64,000 nucleotides of DNA from the IMG/VR virus record IMGVR_UViG_3300028800_000001, positions 263,296 through 327,295 of that record; one strand, given 5' to 3'. The number at the start of each line of letters is the position of its first letter. Position 1 is the stretch's first letter. Under the pieces are notes generated by a model. It was not told the DNA's origin, made no database searches, and saw only the letters and a list, made by a program, of their open reading frames with translations. This document shows, one piece after another, positions 1 to 9,870 of the stretch. The translations under genes and the position numbers were made by a program.

Positions 1-220
1 GACTTTCGCGCAACCATTTTTCTAGTGCATTTTGATTGCCTTGATATGCTTTCCAGGCATCTCTGGCACACAGAGAAATTAAGGGCATTGCTGGATAGAG
101 TGTTTTCGTCTGCCGATCAAGCACCCGACCGCACGGAAGGTTTTGCCAACGTGGATGATTCTTCTCTTCATCATCCACCAGATACACATTTTCGTTTCTG
201 AGATATCCTATAATTTTCAT
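1..220 (-). CDS. Small partner (putative immunity) protein, truncated by window edge
   Basis: Hand translation from ATG at 220: MKIIGYLRNENVYLVDDEEKNHPRWQNLPCGRVLDRQTKTLYPAMPLISLCARDAWKAYQGNQNALEKWLRES...; paralog of 2172..2420, 11896..12174 and 13008..13220. Confidence 0.75.
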   Translation of the reverse strand, partial: MKIIGYLRNENVYLVDDEEKNHPRWQNLPCGRVLDRQTKTLYPAMPLISLCARDAWKAYQGNQNALEKWLRES

Positions 221-240
221 ATTTCTTTCTTCTTTCTTTT

Positions 241-1029
241 TTAACAATTGTGGAAGCGATACGGGATCGAAGCCGCATCTAGCTTATCAGTGATTGCTTT
301 GGTTGCATACTTACGCTCCATGAAGACCACTTCTTCAATGTGCTTCACGCGTAACCCCTTGTGATACTGCACCTCTGGATAGGAACGCACCTGCTGCACA
401 CTGGTATAGGAGAGGACGGTGTTGAGGTAACTGGTATCCACTGCTCGGTGATCAGGCGCGGCTACTGGCATTGCCACCAGTTCCATATAGCCACCAAGAG
501 ATGCCTTTCCCAGGCTGTCATCAAACGTAAAGGTCGCTTTACGAGCCACTACATCACGCTTGAACTTTACGGCGATTTGGCCGTACATGCCAACGCTATC
601 ACGGCTTCCTCCCAGCTCACCGTCTGGACTATTGGTCATATATCCGTAGACCGGACGTTTGGTTGGCTCCATATCTTCTGGATAGGAGAACATTGCCAGC
701 TCAAACCTTGCGCGTCCGTCAGGATGATACGAGCCACAAGAGTTCCCTGTTTCAAACTGTGATTTGAAGCGTCCTTCCTCAAGAATCTTTTCGAAGGCCG
801 TAGAACGAACACGCATCCAAAGACCACTTTCGTCTACCAGCTTTTTGACGTGGGCGTCTACCAGCTTTAAAAAAGCTTCAGCCGTGATGCCACGATAATT
901 TGCATGATATTTGACGGTATTCTCAGCATCCTTGTCATAGACGGCCAACATCTTGTCAGAAGGGCGAACATCTTTCAGACGATTGGATGCACCAGGAAAG
1001 CGTTTTGTCGTTGCAACAGCGGTACCCAT
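241..1029 (-). CDS. DUF3626-like protein (putative ADP-ribosyltransferase-fold effector), no KYN leader
   Basis: RFKSQFETG, RPVYGY, MYG, TFTFDDS, YPEVQYH motifs; AGGAG RBS. Confidence 0.7.
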   Translation of the reverse strand: MGTAVATTKRFPGASNRLKDVRPSDKMLAVYDKDAENTVKYHANYRGITAEAFLKLVDAHVKKLVDESGLWMRVRSTAFEKILEEGRFKSQFETGNSCGSYHPDGRARFELAMFSYPEDMEPTKRPVYGYMTNSPDGELGGSRDSVGMYGQIAVKFKRDVVARKATFTFDDSLGKASLGGYMELVAMPVAAPDHRAVDTSYLNTVLSYTSVQQVRSYPEVQYHKGLRVKHIEEVVFMERKYATKAITDKLDAASIPYRFHNC

Positions 1030-1089
1030 AATAATCTCCTTGAATTAATTATTTTTTTATTTTCCCGCGTAAATCTCTTTACAAAATTA

Positions 1090-1143
1090 ATTATATGCCA
1101 CTAGTATGTAAAAGACAAGCTTTTCTTCTATGAATATTCAGAA
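1090..1143 (-). promoter_or_regulatory. Sigma70-type promoter with conserved upstream 13-bp element
   Basis: Minus strand TTCTGAATATTCA-N12-TTGTCT-N17-TATAAT. Confidence 0.65.
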
Positions 1144-1161
1144 ATACAGAAAAGTGGTACT

Positions 1162-2103
1162 TTACGCATGTGGGTTTTTTGCACGATAGGGAATGCCCAA
1201 TGCTTTCAGCTTTTTTACGACTGCGGGTTTGATGTCAGAGCCGTTCTCAAAGACGACTTCAGCAATGTGAGACGTGTTGACGCCACCATGATATTGTGCT
1301 TCAGGGTACGTAGGAACTTCAGCAAGACTGGCATACTTGAGAGGGCTGTCATATTTGAGTGCTGCGAAGCCTGTATGATCTGGCTTTGAGAGTGCAGAAG
1401 GCAGCAAATAGCCAGCAGAAGAGAGTGAATCGTTGCCTGTCCAGGTTGTGTTGTCTTTTATACTCTCTTTTAAGCGTACGGAGACAGAGCCGTACATATC
1501 AACGGTGTCACCCCAACCGGCCTTTGTGGGATCAGCACTTTTGAGGCGTCCATCGCCGTCAGCCGAGAGATAGCCGTATATCGGACGATCTTCATCTTCA
1601 GTTTTCATTTGGTCGTAGCCAAAAAGGTCTTCTTCCACACTAGCGCGATGCCAAACATCCAATAATCCGCCAGATTTACCGGTTTCATGTTGTGATTTGA
1701 AGCGACCATCTGTCAACACCTTGCCGAGTATTTGTGGACGCACTCGTATCCAGGGCTGTGCATCCTTAAAGAGATCAACTGCTTTTTGATCAAGCGCTTT
1801 GGTGTAGTCTTCAACGCTCATGCCAGCTTTGGCTGCTTTAAATGCAAAGACCGTGGCCTTATTGTTGTTATACTTATCAATGATTGCTTGTGGTGGTTTG
1901 AGCTTTTGTAAAATCTTAGGCACAAGGTTATTGGGATGCAGTGGATTCTTCGGTCCTGGCGTTCTGGTGCCATCGCGTGCCACAATCAGGTGCGCTTCTC
2001 CTGCGGTAGAAAAGCGTCCAAGATGATCATGATGTGGGTTGTACTTCTCTTGAAGTTGCAGCACAAGACGTTTAATCAGCCGAATGTCTTTTTGAAAATA
2101 CAT
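1162..2103 (-). CDS. DUF3626-like effector with KYNPHH..G.F leader
   Basis: EKYNPHHDHLGRFST leader; RFKSQHETG, RPIYGYL, TWTGNDS, YPEAQYHGG. Confidence 0.72.
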   Translation of the reverse strand: MYFQKDIRLIKRLVLQLQEKYNPHHDHLGRFSTAGEAHLIVARDGTRTPGPKNPLHPNNLVPKILQKLKPPQAIIDKYNNNKATVFAFKAAKAGMSVEDYTKALDQKAVDLFKDAQPWIRVRPQILGKVLTDGRFKSQHETGKSGGLLDVWHRASVEEDLFGYDQMKTEDEDRPIYGYLSADGDGRLKSADPTKAGWGDTVDMYGSVSVRLKESIKDNTTWTGNDSLSSAGYLLPSALSKPDHTGFAALKYDSPLKYASLAEVPTYPEAQYHGGVNTSHIAEVVFENGSDIKPAVVKKLKALGIPYRAKNPHA

Positions 2104-2171
2104 ACAAATCTCCAGGCAGAAAAAAGTGTGGTTGCTTTTTATTTTGTGTGAAGATTTGTATGAACGAAGTT

Positions 2172-2420
2172 TTACGAAGCAGGAATGATTTTGACACCTT
2201 TGAGCAATTCTTCTAGCTTGTTTTGGTCACCATCATACTTTTGCCAGGGATCACGTGCTCCCAGCGATACTAAGGGAAGGGGTGGATACAGTGTTTTACT
2301 ATTGAGATCTAACACACACCCATATTTCAGGTCTTTGTTTCCGTGTTCTGGCACGTCGGCTGAGAGGACATAAAGATTGGGATCGTCAGGATGCGATGCA
2401 ATGATTGTTTGTTTTCCCAT
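2172..2420 (-). CDS. Small partner (putative immunity) protein
   Basis: G.VLD...K.LYP.....L..R..W..Y.G.Q..L.E.LK pattern shared with three paralogs; AAGGAG RBS before ATG 2420. Confidence 0.7.
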   Translation of the reverse strand: MGKQTIIASHPDDPNLYVLSADVPEHGNKDLKYGCVLDLNSKTLYPPLPLVSLGARDPWQKYDGDQNKLEELLKGVKIIPAS

Positions 2421-2436
2421 TGGGGGTTTCTCCTTA

Positions 2437-2883
2437 CTATGCAACTTTCTTTACTACTACTAATAACAAATTTTTGAGTGCCAAAATTTCTGCATCCTGT
2501 GCTTCAAGATGCTTTTTTAGCTCTTCATTTTCATGAAAGATCTTGAGCGTGGTTTGATACGTTTCTTCCGCTTGCAATTGCTGATGTCTTCCTAACACGT
2601 CTTGCCCGACCGATAAAATTGATAAGGCAACTAATTGGATGAATGTCTGGCTTGTCCACTGCACATACTGATTGGCGGTTGCATGAAAACCAGGAAAGCC
2701 AAGGATGGCAAGAAATACAAAGAAGTAAGCACACCACATGTTGCTGAGCACATTGGTTACAAAAACCGCCACACGTTGATTGAAGCCACCTGCTTTGCGT
2801 TCTAATGCTTGCAACACATTGACGTTACGCACTTTGTGTGGGTGTTCTTTGTGTTCATATAAAGTTACTTTGTGATCACTCAT
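2437..2883 (-). CDS. DUF1003-like membrane protein
   Basis: Two hydrophobic segments, QLVALSILSVGQ motif, C-terminal coiled coil. Confidence 0.55.
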   Translation of the reverse strand: MSDHKVTLYEHKEHPHKVRNVNVLQALERKAGGFNQRVAVFVTNVLSNMWCAYFFVFLAILGFPGFHATANQYVQWTSQTFIQLVALSILSVGQDVLGRHQQLQAEETYQTTLKIFHENEELKKHLEAQDAEILALKNLLLVVVKKVA

Positions 2884-2896
2884 CGCTTCCTACTTC

Positions 2897-4234
2897 TTAC
2901 GAATAATAAAAGGTCACACCAGGGCAGTTGGCTACCCCATTGGAAACAATGCCTACGGAAGCACGACCACCTCCACCAATGCTATAAATGCTGCCAACTG
3001 TAGCATTGGCTGGAATAGAAAGCAGCTTTGTTCCACTATTGGTGGTGGCATTGTCATAGATATCAAGCTGCGCGGTTCCGGTCGTTGTCACTACTGCACT
3101 CCAAAGATAGCCAGGAGTGCCTTTGACCACCACATTACCTGCGGTATTGGCAGCTTGCGCAGCGTTCGCCGTCGCTCCAGCCGTGAGCCATGGATTCGTA
3201 TTTTGTGTATTTCCAGGCTGCACTGTCCAGGTTCCTGCTTGCGCACTTTGCATCCCACCAGGAGCAGAACTACTGGTGTAGAGCTCTAGTGTCGCGTTTG
3301 CGGTGCCGCTGGTATACGCCGTCATGCGCACACGAAAGTAGCGAAACGTCACCGCTCGTTCATAGATGACACTCACTGTATTGGTAGTAGTTGAGAGTAG
3401 TGAGCCACTGGTAACATTGGTCATGAGCACATTGACAAAAGCAGCGCCATCATTAGAACCTTGAAATGTGAGTGTTCCTGAATAGGCACTAGAACTAATA
3501 TGAATACTCAGCCATTTATACGCACTGACATCTGTAGAGGGAACCAGATCAGCATTGAGTGATGCGGCGCTCAGCCCTGTTTGTTCAGTAAAGTTTCCTC
3601 GTACTGCCTGTGAACCAGCGGCGTCTATCATTGCTTTATTTGTGCCAGCGCTATCAACCACAGTGACTCCACCGACAAGATTGCTTCCAGCAGGAAGGCT
3701 AGAGAGCAAACTAATATCACCGGTTGCAGCGCTTGCATTTAAGGTTACCGTGAGTGTTTCTGTACTTCCAAGCACACTTGCACGCACACGTATCTTTGTC
3801 AGCCCTGCACAATTTCCTCCTAGCTCCAACGGGCCAGGGCCAACAATGCTTTGCACTGATGTGCTGGTCAAAGAGCCGCCCACTTTTATCCCTTTGGCGA
3901 TCCAGTTTGTGCCATCGACACTGCCATCGACCACGATTGTTGTTGCAGAAGTAAAAGTGCTCAGTGCCACAATTTCTGCTTTCCAGCTTCCTTGACCAGC
4001 ACCAAGAGAAAGGACAACGGTGCCACCAGCAATCGGTGTTTGCTGCGTGCTTTGTGCAGCAGTAATCGTACCGCTTACGCTGAGATCGCTCGTGCTACTG
4101 TAAAGTGGGTTGACAGCAACTCCCAACGCATTATCAGACGTATCCACAAGCACTGTTGGGTGCACAATCATTACCGTACTGTTCGGGCCGGTGTCCACGC
4201 CTGGGACGGTTGGCTCTGTTTGATTAATAGGCAT
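2897..4234 (-). CDS. Virion structural / fibre-like beta-rich protein
   Basis: Ser/Thr/Gly/Ala-rich; two repeated beta-sandwich-like units (GSVDGTNW / GSNDGAAF ... RVR); N-terminus nearly identical to that of 5370..5822. Confidence 0.55.
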   Translation of the reverse strand: MPINQTEPTVPGVDTGPNSTVMIVHPTVLVDTSDNALGVAVNPLYSSTSDLSVSGTITAAQSTQQTPIAGGTVVLSLGAGQGSWKAEIVALSTFTSATTIVVDGSVDGTNWIAKGIKVGGSLTSTSVQSIVGPGPLELGGNCAGLTKIRVRASVLGSTETLTVTLNASAATGDISLLSSLPAGSNLVGGVTVVDSAGTNKAMIDAAGSQAVRGNFTEQTGLSAASLNADLVPSTDVSAYKWLSIHISSSAYSGTLTFQGSNDGAAFVNVLMTNVTSGSLLSTTTNTVSVIYERAVTFRYFRVRMTAYTSGTANATLELYTSSSAPGGMQSAQAGTWTVQPGNTQNTNPWLTAGATANAAQAANTAGNVVVKGTPGYLWSAVVTTTGTAQLDIYDNATTNSGTKLLSIPANATVGSIYSIGGGGRASVGIVSNGVANCPGVTFYYS

Positions 4235-5368
4235 CTATTGTATCCTTCCACTGGTGTGCCGCATTTCCCTGATATAAGGAGAGCCCACCACTGCTTTATA
4301 GAGTGAGTTGAGAAAGAAGTTCAGCCAGAGATTTTGATAGGCTACGTAGCCTGCGGGAAGTGTGGGATGAATATTGTCCACATCAATTAAGCTTTGATGC
4401 GTAGAAAAATACGCATAGAGATCAGGGCCAAGAATGATGGACGGAAAACTGGCTTTGAGTGTCAAGATCTTGGTATTAATTGTAGGCGCATTCGCCAGTA
4501 AATTCGTCGTATTGCCCCAACAAATTGTCTTTGGTAATACCACCGTTTTCCCAGCACCAATCACGGCATTGATCATGGTGGTCATGTTACTGATAAAATT
4601 CGTGACGTACGTTCCGCCCTGGTTTGCATCATTGGTACCGTAGAGGAGTCCCACATATTTACCAGGAAAGAGTGCAAGCCACGTCGCAATATTGGCCGCG
4701 CCTTCGACTGCCGTAAACCCACCAATGCCGCCATCCTCCATCAAAGGAAAATTGCTGACCTGGGCATTGATTTGTGCAGGGAGTGTGGTATCGGTGTGCA
4801 AAAAACCTTGTTGCGCAATAGAGTCGCCATAAAAGATCCAATCATCAGCCAGCCCATTTGCTTTATGCACATCCATATTGATCTGCACATTATTGTTAGA
4901 AACCGATCCATTGATTGCAGTGATGCGAATGCGCACCCATTTGTACCCAGTGAGATTCACACTATGCTGACGGCTGTGATAGACGTTTCCGGTTACCGTC
5001 GCAAGCGTTATCCATCCACTTGAGGGTAAACTTCCACCGGCTGCACTATTGGCATCAATCGTGTAAGCAGCAGGAACGTTATAGGAATTATTGCTAATCA
5101 AGGTCGGATCATAGGCACCCGTTGAGGGATCGTTATACCAGACCACAACAGCCGTCGTGAGACTACTCACACCAGAAAGATCATAGGCCAGATACACGGC
5201 TTGCGTCAGCGTGCCACTGTCTGTATTTCCTGTGGGTGCTGTGAGGCAACGCCAATAATTGCCATACGTGCTGTCGTTGGCTTGCGAGGCTGGAAACGCA
5301 CCTGAAAAGTCATCATTGGTATAGGCAGGCACACCACGTGAGATCAGGGGCATTGGAGCTATCGTCAT
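4235..5368 (-). CDS. SGNH/GDSL hydrolase with N-terminal carbohydrate-binding-like domain
   Basis: FYGDSI, GIGG, YGTND, DNIHP catalytic blocks. Confidence 0.8.
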   Translation of the reverse strand: MTIAPMPLISRGVPAYTNDDFSGAFPASQANDSTYGNYWRCLTAPTGNTDSGTLTQAVYLAYDLSGVSSLTTAVVVWYNDPSTGAYDPTLISNNSYNVPAAYTIDANSAAGGSLPSSGWITLATVTGNVYHSRQHSVNLTGYKWVRIRITAINGSVSNNNVQINMDVHKANGLADDWIFYGDSIAQQGFLHTDTTLPAQINAQVSNFPLMEDGGIGGFTAVEGAANIATWLALFPGKYVGLLYGTNDANQGGTYVTNFISNMTTMINAVIGAGKTVVLPKTICWGNTTNLLANAPTINTKILTLKASFPSIILGPDLYAYFSTHQSLIDVDNIHPTLPAGYVAYQNLWLNFFLNSLYKAVVGSPYIREMRHTSGRIQ

Positions 5369-5369
5369 A

Positions 5370-5822
5370 TTAATTCCAAGCCCTGACTACAATATTGCTC
5401 GCGCTTGTTCCATTGACGTTGCTAATGCCTGGAGTATAGAGATGCAGCGCTGTTACCTGCACATCCAAAAATAGCGTTTGTCCAGCAGCGAGTACTGGGC
5501 TTCCTGCGGTAGCTGTAACATCTAAGTCCCATTGGATATTGCTAGCCGTGTTATTTTGCACCATCAAATGTGAGATAACGGTGGTGCCAGCGGCTCCCCA
5601 TTTAAAACTATAATCAGTGGTAGCCGCCGTTGCCGCGCCATTAGAGGCGTAGGCTGCAACGTAGCCTGATTGGACGGTTTGTTCAACAAAGAGAGGGTTG
5701 GCAACAATCCCAAAGGCATTATCAGAGGTATCTACAAGCACGCTTGGATGCACAATCATCGTGGTGCTATTGGGGCCAGTATCGACACCAGGAACGGTTG
5801 GTTCAGTTTGGTTGAGTGGCAT
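5370..5822 (-). CDS. Small structural (decoration-like) protein
   Basis: Shares ~45-aa N-terminus MP.NQTEPTVPGVDTGPNST.MIVHP.VLVDTSDNA with 2897..4234. Confidence 0.55.
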   Translation of the reverse strand: MPLNQTEPTVPGVDTGPNSTTMIVHPSVLVDTSDNAFGIVANPLFVEQTVQSGYVAAYASNGAATAATTDYSFKWGAAGTTVISHLMVQNNTASNIQWDLDVTATAGSPVLAAGQTLFLDVQVTALHLYTPGISNVNGTSASNIVVRAWN

Positions 5823-5896
5823 TGTTTTCTCCAGTACAAATCATTGCAACAGAAATGCTATTTTTGTTTGTACTGAAGAATTTAGGAGAAATACAG

Positions 5897-6814
5897 TTAT
5901 TTTTGTTCGTGGCCTTGCAGGGCAAATGCAGTGCGATCTTCCCCAATGCAGAGCCAGAGATTTTCAAACAAGAGTGCTTCGGCAGGAACACTCATTGTTG
6001 GAAAAGCAGCATCTTTGTCAATATACGCTAAAGTGCAGTGTGGTGTAAAGCCATGTGTGTTGTCAATAGGAACAGGCAGAGACGTTCGAAGCTGTTCACG
6101 CCACTCTGCTATCCCTGGAAGGTCTACAGAGGCGTAAAACGGCAGCGTAGCGCTCTCTGTGGGGGTGTTTGTGAAGCACCCGATCCCTGAGACAATGCCA
6201 TGTACCGGAACCGCGTTTGTCGCATAGTCACCGATTGCTTTTTTGAGCTGTGCGGAAAGGGCATCAGGAACATTCTCAGCGCTTCCTAGTATCATCAAAG
6301 TGACATGCAGCTCTTGTGGCTCACATTTCCCTTCACAGTCCAGTGCTATTTTTTGTGCGGCATCTGGCTCCAGATAAAATGCCACCATGATTGGCAAGGC
6401 CGACACAGGTTTAGGTTGCTCTGGTGTTTCTTCTTTGCGTAGCCACAGCGTCTTTAAAAAAGAAACATGCTCTTCGTTGGCGCGAAAGATTGGCGTCTGC
6501 AAAAAGTCTTTGACAGCTATATCGTGTGCTGCAAGATAGCCAATTAATTGTTCTTCATTCTTGACAGGCAACGTCCATGTCGTCTCTTCAAAGATGCTTT
6601 TCTTCTTTGCAGGTTCTTCATCTGAAAGGGTTGCGCGCTCCTCTTCTGGGAGATCATCAAGATTTTCACAAGGCAGCACACGATTCAAAAAATCTTCACG
6701 TGCTTCATCAGTCAATTGGTGCCGTTGCAAAAACTTGGCAACGCGGCGTGAGAGATCAGGTGACATATTGTCAGGTACACTGCTTTTTGCACTATCGTCT
6801 TTGAGTATTTTCAC
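5897..6814 (-). CDS. 2H phosphoesterase (LigT / Acb1-like) with N-terminal helical extension
   Basis: Two HxT motifs: LHVTL and PHCTLAY. Confidence 0.8.
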   Translation of the reverse strand: MKILKDDSAKSSVPDNMSPDLSRRVAKFLQRHQLTDEAREDFLNRVLPCENLDDLPEEERATLSDEEPAKKKSIFEETTWTLPVKNEEQLIGYLAAHDIAVKDFLQTPIFRANEEHVSFLKTLWLRKEETPEQPKPVSALPIMVAFYLEPDAAQKIALDCEGKCEPQELHVTLMILGSAENVPDALSAQLKKAIGDYATNAVPVHGIVSGIGCFTNTPTESATLPFYASVDLPGIAEWREQLRTSLPVPIDNTHGFTPHCTLAYIDKDAAFPTMSVPAEALLFENLWLCIGEDRTAFALQGHEQK

Positions 6815-9800
6815 AAAGTGTCTCCATTCAAAATGGTTTTGCCTACACGGGTTGCTGTTCTATTTAAAACTACCAGAAAGTCAGCACGTTTATTGATCGA
6901 ATCTACATGAGAGCGATCAACATAAATGGCATCATAGCCCTTCATTGCGGCGTAGCGACCAGGATCGTTGGCAAGATCAAAGAGCCGATCAATGCGGCGT
7001 GACTCCGTATACTTCCCAGCATCATCCAAGGCTTTGCCCCGTGTACGCAAATCATTCTTGTAGTCAATCCACTCATTGATTAAACGTCCCTTCTCAATTG
7101 CGGTGGTATTTTTGAGTACGGACATATGCAGCACATCATCGCCATAAGTAGCGGCCACATGAGACGCACTATATCGGTCAGATACTCCTTCTGTGGTAAG
7201 CGCGGTATAGGTTCCGTTGCCATAGACGCCAAGTCCTGCAAAATAGTGCCCACTTTGATAGCTTGCAGCATAGCCCAGGCCGTCAGAGGGATCACCACCA
7301 TCATCCACACCGCGATAGAGCTCAGCCTCACCGTCTTTAATGTGCTGCGCAAGCACATTATCTTCAACCACATGTGGAGGGCCATCAAACCCCTGTGCTT
7401 TATAGATTTCCTGTAAGCAGGCGTCGGCATCCGTGGCGCTACTGCTTCCTGGGATTGGGCCTTTGCCTGTATCCATATAGTTTTTGACGTAGGGAATATC
7501 TTCAGGGTTGCTATATTTGGCTTCCGTCTTCTGAAATTCCTGGTTATCAGGGTGTTTCGGTCCTTTCTCGCGGGTACCATCAGCATGCACAAGCAGGTGT
7601 GCATTTTCTGTCGTGGTAAATTTCCCTACGTGATCATGCGCAGGGTTGTACTTTTCTTCAAACTGCTCAACACTTTTTGTTCCTGAGACGCGGTAAGAAA
7701 TGCCTTTGGCTTTGAGTTGTGCCTCAAGCGGTGGTGTAAGCTCATAATCATTATGAAACACAATTTCTGCAATAGTTGAGGTGTTTAGACCACCATGAAA
7801 TTGTGCCTCTGGATAGCCGCGTACATCACTCACGTTTTGGTAGGTCAGTGGATCTGGACCATGCACACTAAAATTGGTATGATCAGGATGCAGCATGCTT
7901 CCTGGCAAGAGATAGCCACCCATACCAAGTGAGTCATCACCTGTCCAGGTGGTTTTTTGCTTCACCTCTGGTTTGAAGCGAACCGCAACGCCTCCATATT
8001 CATCAACAGAGTCGAACATGCCATGCCGCGTCTGTCTCAGGCTTGCGCCGTCAGGATGATCGCTTAGATAGCCGTAAAGTGGACGCTGCTCTTTGGCAAG
8101 ATCGTCTGGATAGCCAAAGAGATCATGTTCTGCTTCAGAACGTGAATCGTGATCCATAATTCCCGCAGAGGTATTGGTTTCAAATTGCGACTTGAAGCGT
8201 TCATCATCCAATATCTTTGAAAGAATTGTTGGGCGTACCCGCATCCAAGGTTCTGCATTCTTGAGCAGTTCCACGGCTTTGTCATCAACGGCTTTGTTGT
8301 ACTCTTCAGCCGTCATGTTATGCGTCTGCGCATGCTTTTCAGCGAACGCTGCACCTTGTATGTCATATTTTTTGAGGACGGCGTCTGGTGGACGCACCTG
8401 TTCTAAGATATCTTTTTTCTGATTATCAGGATGCGCCGGTCCTTTTTCAGTGGTACCATCACGATGCACTAAAAGGTGGGCATTTTCGGTGGTCGTAAAT
8501 TGTCCATTGTGCCCGTGGGCTGGATTATATTTCGCTTCGCCTGTGAGCAGCTCTTGATCACGTGCGGATAAATCTTCTAGCGATTGCACACCCATCAAAC
8601 GATTGAAAAAGTCCTGACGCTCTGCGAGTGTCCAAGAGGCCGCAACAGGGCCAGCAAGAAACTTTTCTACCAGTGGTACTAGATCAGGGGCAAGCGTATC
8701 AGGGATTGTGTTAATGGCTTGATTTTCTGCATCAGTGATTTGATCTTTATGTTCTGGGGTATCATCATCTATTTCCTCGTCATTTTGCTTCTCCTCTGGT
8801 AAATACAATGAAAGATCAAGTGGTTCATGCATCTTGCCGTGGCTGCGATGCCCTGGCTTTTTGCGCGGCACAGGGATAACGCCATGAGCAGGTTTGCCGT
8901 GAGGAGCCGCATGTGGTTTTGCAGCAGGTGCGCCGTGAGCAGCAGCAGGTTTCTTGAGTGGCTTCACGCTCGTTGGCACTGCTGGATGCTTTGGTGGCAT
9001 TCCACCGGTTTGTGACTCAGGGTGTGCCGTAATCTTGAAAAAGTCTTCCCAGGTGGGATTCTTCATTCCAGCTAGCTGATGCAAAATCTCAAAACGTTTT
9101 GCGAAACCTAACGCTGCTTCATCATTGGCTGCATACTCTTTTGAGAGGATCAGGGCTTTGGTTTCTTTGGTGAGAAACTTTCCCAGGATGCCATGATCAA
9201 TGCTGTTGCGCAGAAAACTTTTTCCAATGACTTTCATCAGAAAGCTATGCGACTGGATTGCAATATCTTTTTTGACGAGTGCCGAAGAAAGTTGTGTCAG
9301 GTTAATCTTGCCGGTCTTTTGATTGAGGGTATAGTGTCCAGATTGATCTTGTTTCATGCCAAGAATATATTCCAACATGCCGACTTTGGTCACCTGATCA
9401 GGGGGCATTTTCTCCATTGCCTCGGTTGCCGTCTTATCATCCAGGGGAGTGCTTTTTACATCCTCAGAGACCACTACGGGCTCTTTGTCCACTGTTCCAC
9501 TGTGGACTACAGGCACCGTATCAGAGGCTCCTACCAGATCTGCAATGCGGCTTGCACCGGTCTGTGAAAAGGCAATGCGCGTGCTACCAGTGGGCACAAT
9601 ACGATACGTCTTGCCATTAATGTTGGCGGTATAGACGCCGTCAGCCCCTCTGGTCATTGCCCCTTTGTCGGAGAGGGCTTTCGCAATGTGGGCAGGCATG
9701 GTGGTGAGCACATCAGCGTGCACACCGCCTGCGCCATCATCAGCACCGATGAATTGTCCGGTCGTAGTGCTGTGATTACGGTTATATTTTTCTTCAGGAA

Positions 9801-9870
9801 GATAGAGTGTAAGGTCAGGTTTCTCCTGTTCTTCTATCTCTTTACGAAAGAGAGCATAATGATACTTCAT
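6811..9870 (-). CDS. Multidomain polyprotein: degenerate kinase-like domain, DUF3626-like domain and C-terminal ART-like domain, separated by KYN motifs
   Basis: Three KYN..H...G.F motifs; central RFKSQFET/RPLYGYL/YPEAQFHGG; C-terminal LYRGV...GVYGNGTY...GYDAI...VVLNR. Confidence 0.7.
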   Translation of the reverse strand: MKYHYALFRKEIEEQEKPDLTLYLPEEKYNRNHSTTTGQFIGADDGAGGVHADVLTTMPAHIAKALSDKGAMTRGADGVYTANINGKTYRIVPTGSTRIAFSQTGASRIADLVGASDTVPVVHSGTVDKEPVVVSEDVKSTPLDDKTATEAMEKMPPDQVTKVGMLEYILGMKQDQSGHYTLNQKTGKINLTQLSSALVKKDIAIQSHSFLMKVIGKSFLRNSIDHGILGKFLTKETKALILSKEYAANDEAALGFAKRFEILHQLAGMKNPTWEDFFKITAHPESQTGGMPPKHPAVPTSVKPLKKPAAAHGAPAAKPHAAPHGKPAHGVIPVPRKKPGHRSHGKMHEPLDLSLYLPEEKQNDEEIDDDTPEHKDQITDAENQAINTIPDTLAPDLVPLVEKFLAGPVAASWTLAERQDFFNRLMGVQSLEDLSARDQELLTGEAKYNPAHGHNGQFTTTENAHLLVHRDGTTEKGPAHPDNQKKDILEQVRPPDAVLKKYDIQGAAFAEKHAQTHNMTAEEYNKAVDDKAVELLKNAEPWMRVRPTILSKILDDERFKSQFETNTSAGIMDHDSRSEAEHDLFGYPDDLAKEQRPLYGYLSDHPDGASLRQTRHGMFDSVDEYGGVAVRFKPEVKQKTTWTGDDSLGMGGYLLPGSMLHPDHTNFSVHGPDPLTYQNVSDVRGYPEAQFHGGLNTSTIAEIVFHNDYELTPPLEAQLKAKGISYRVSGTKSVEQFEEKYNPAHDHVGKFTTTENAHLLVHADGTREKGPKHPDNQEFQKTEAKYSNPEDIPYVKNYMDTGKGPIPGSSSATDADACLQEIYKAQGFDGPPHVVEDNVLAQHIKDGEAELYRGVDDGGDPSDGLGYAASYQSGHYFAGLGVYGNGTYTALTTEGVSDRYSASHVAATYGDDVLHMSVLKNTTAIEKGRLINEWIDYKNDLRTRGKALDDAGKYTESRRIDRLFDLANDPGRYAAMKGYDAIYVDRSHVDSINKRADFLVVLNRTATRVGKTILNGDTL

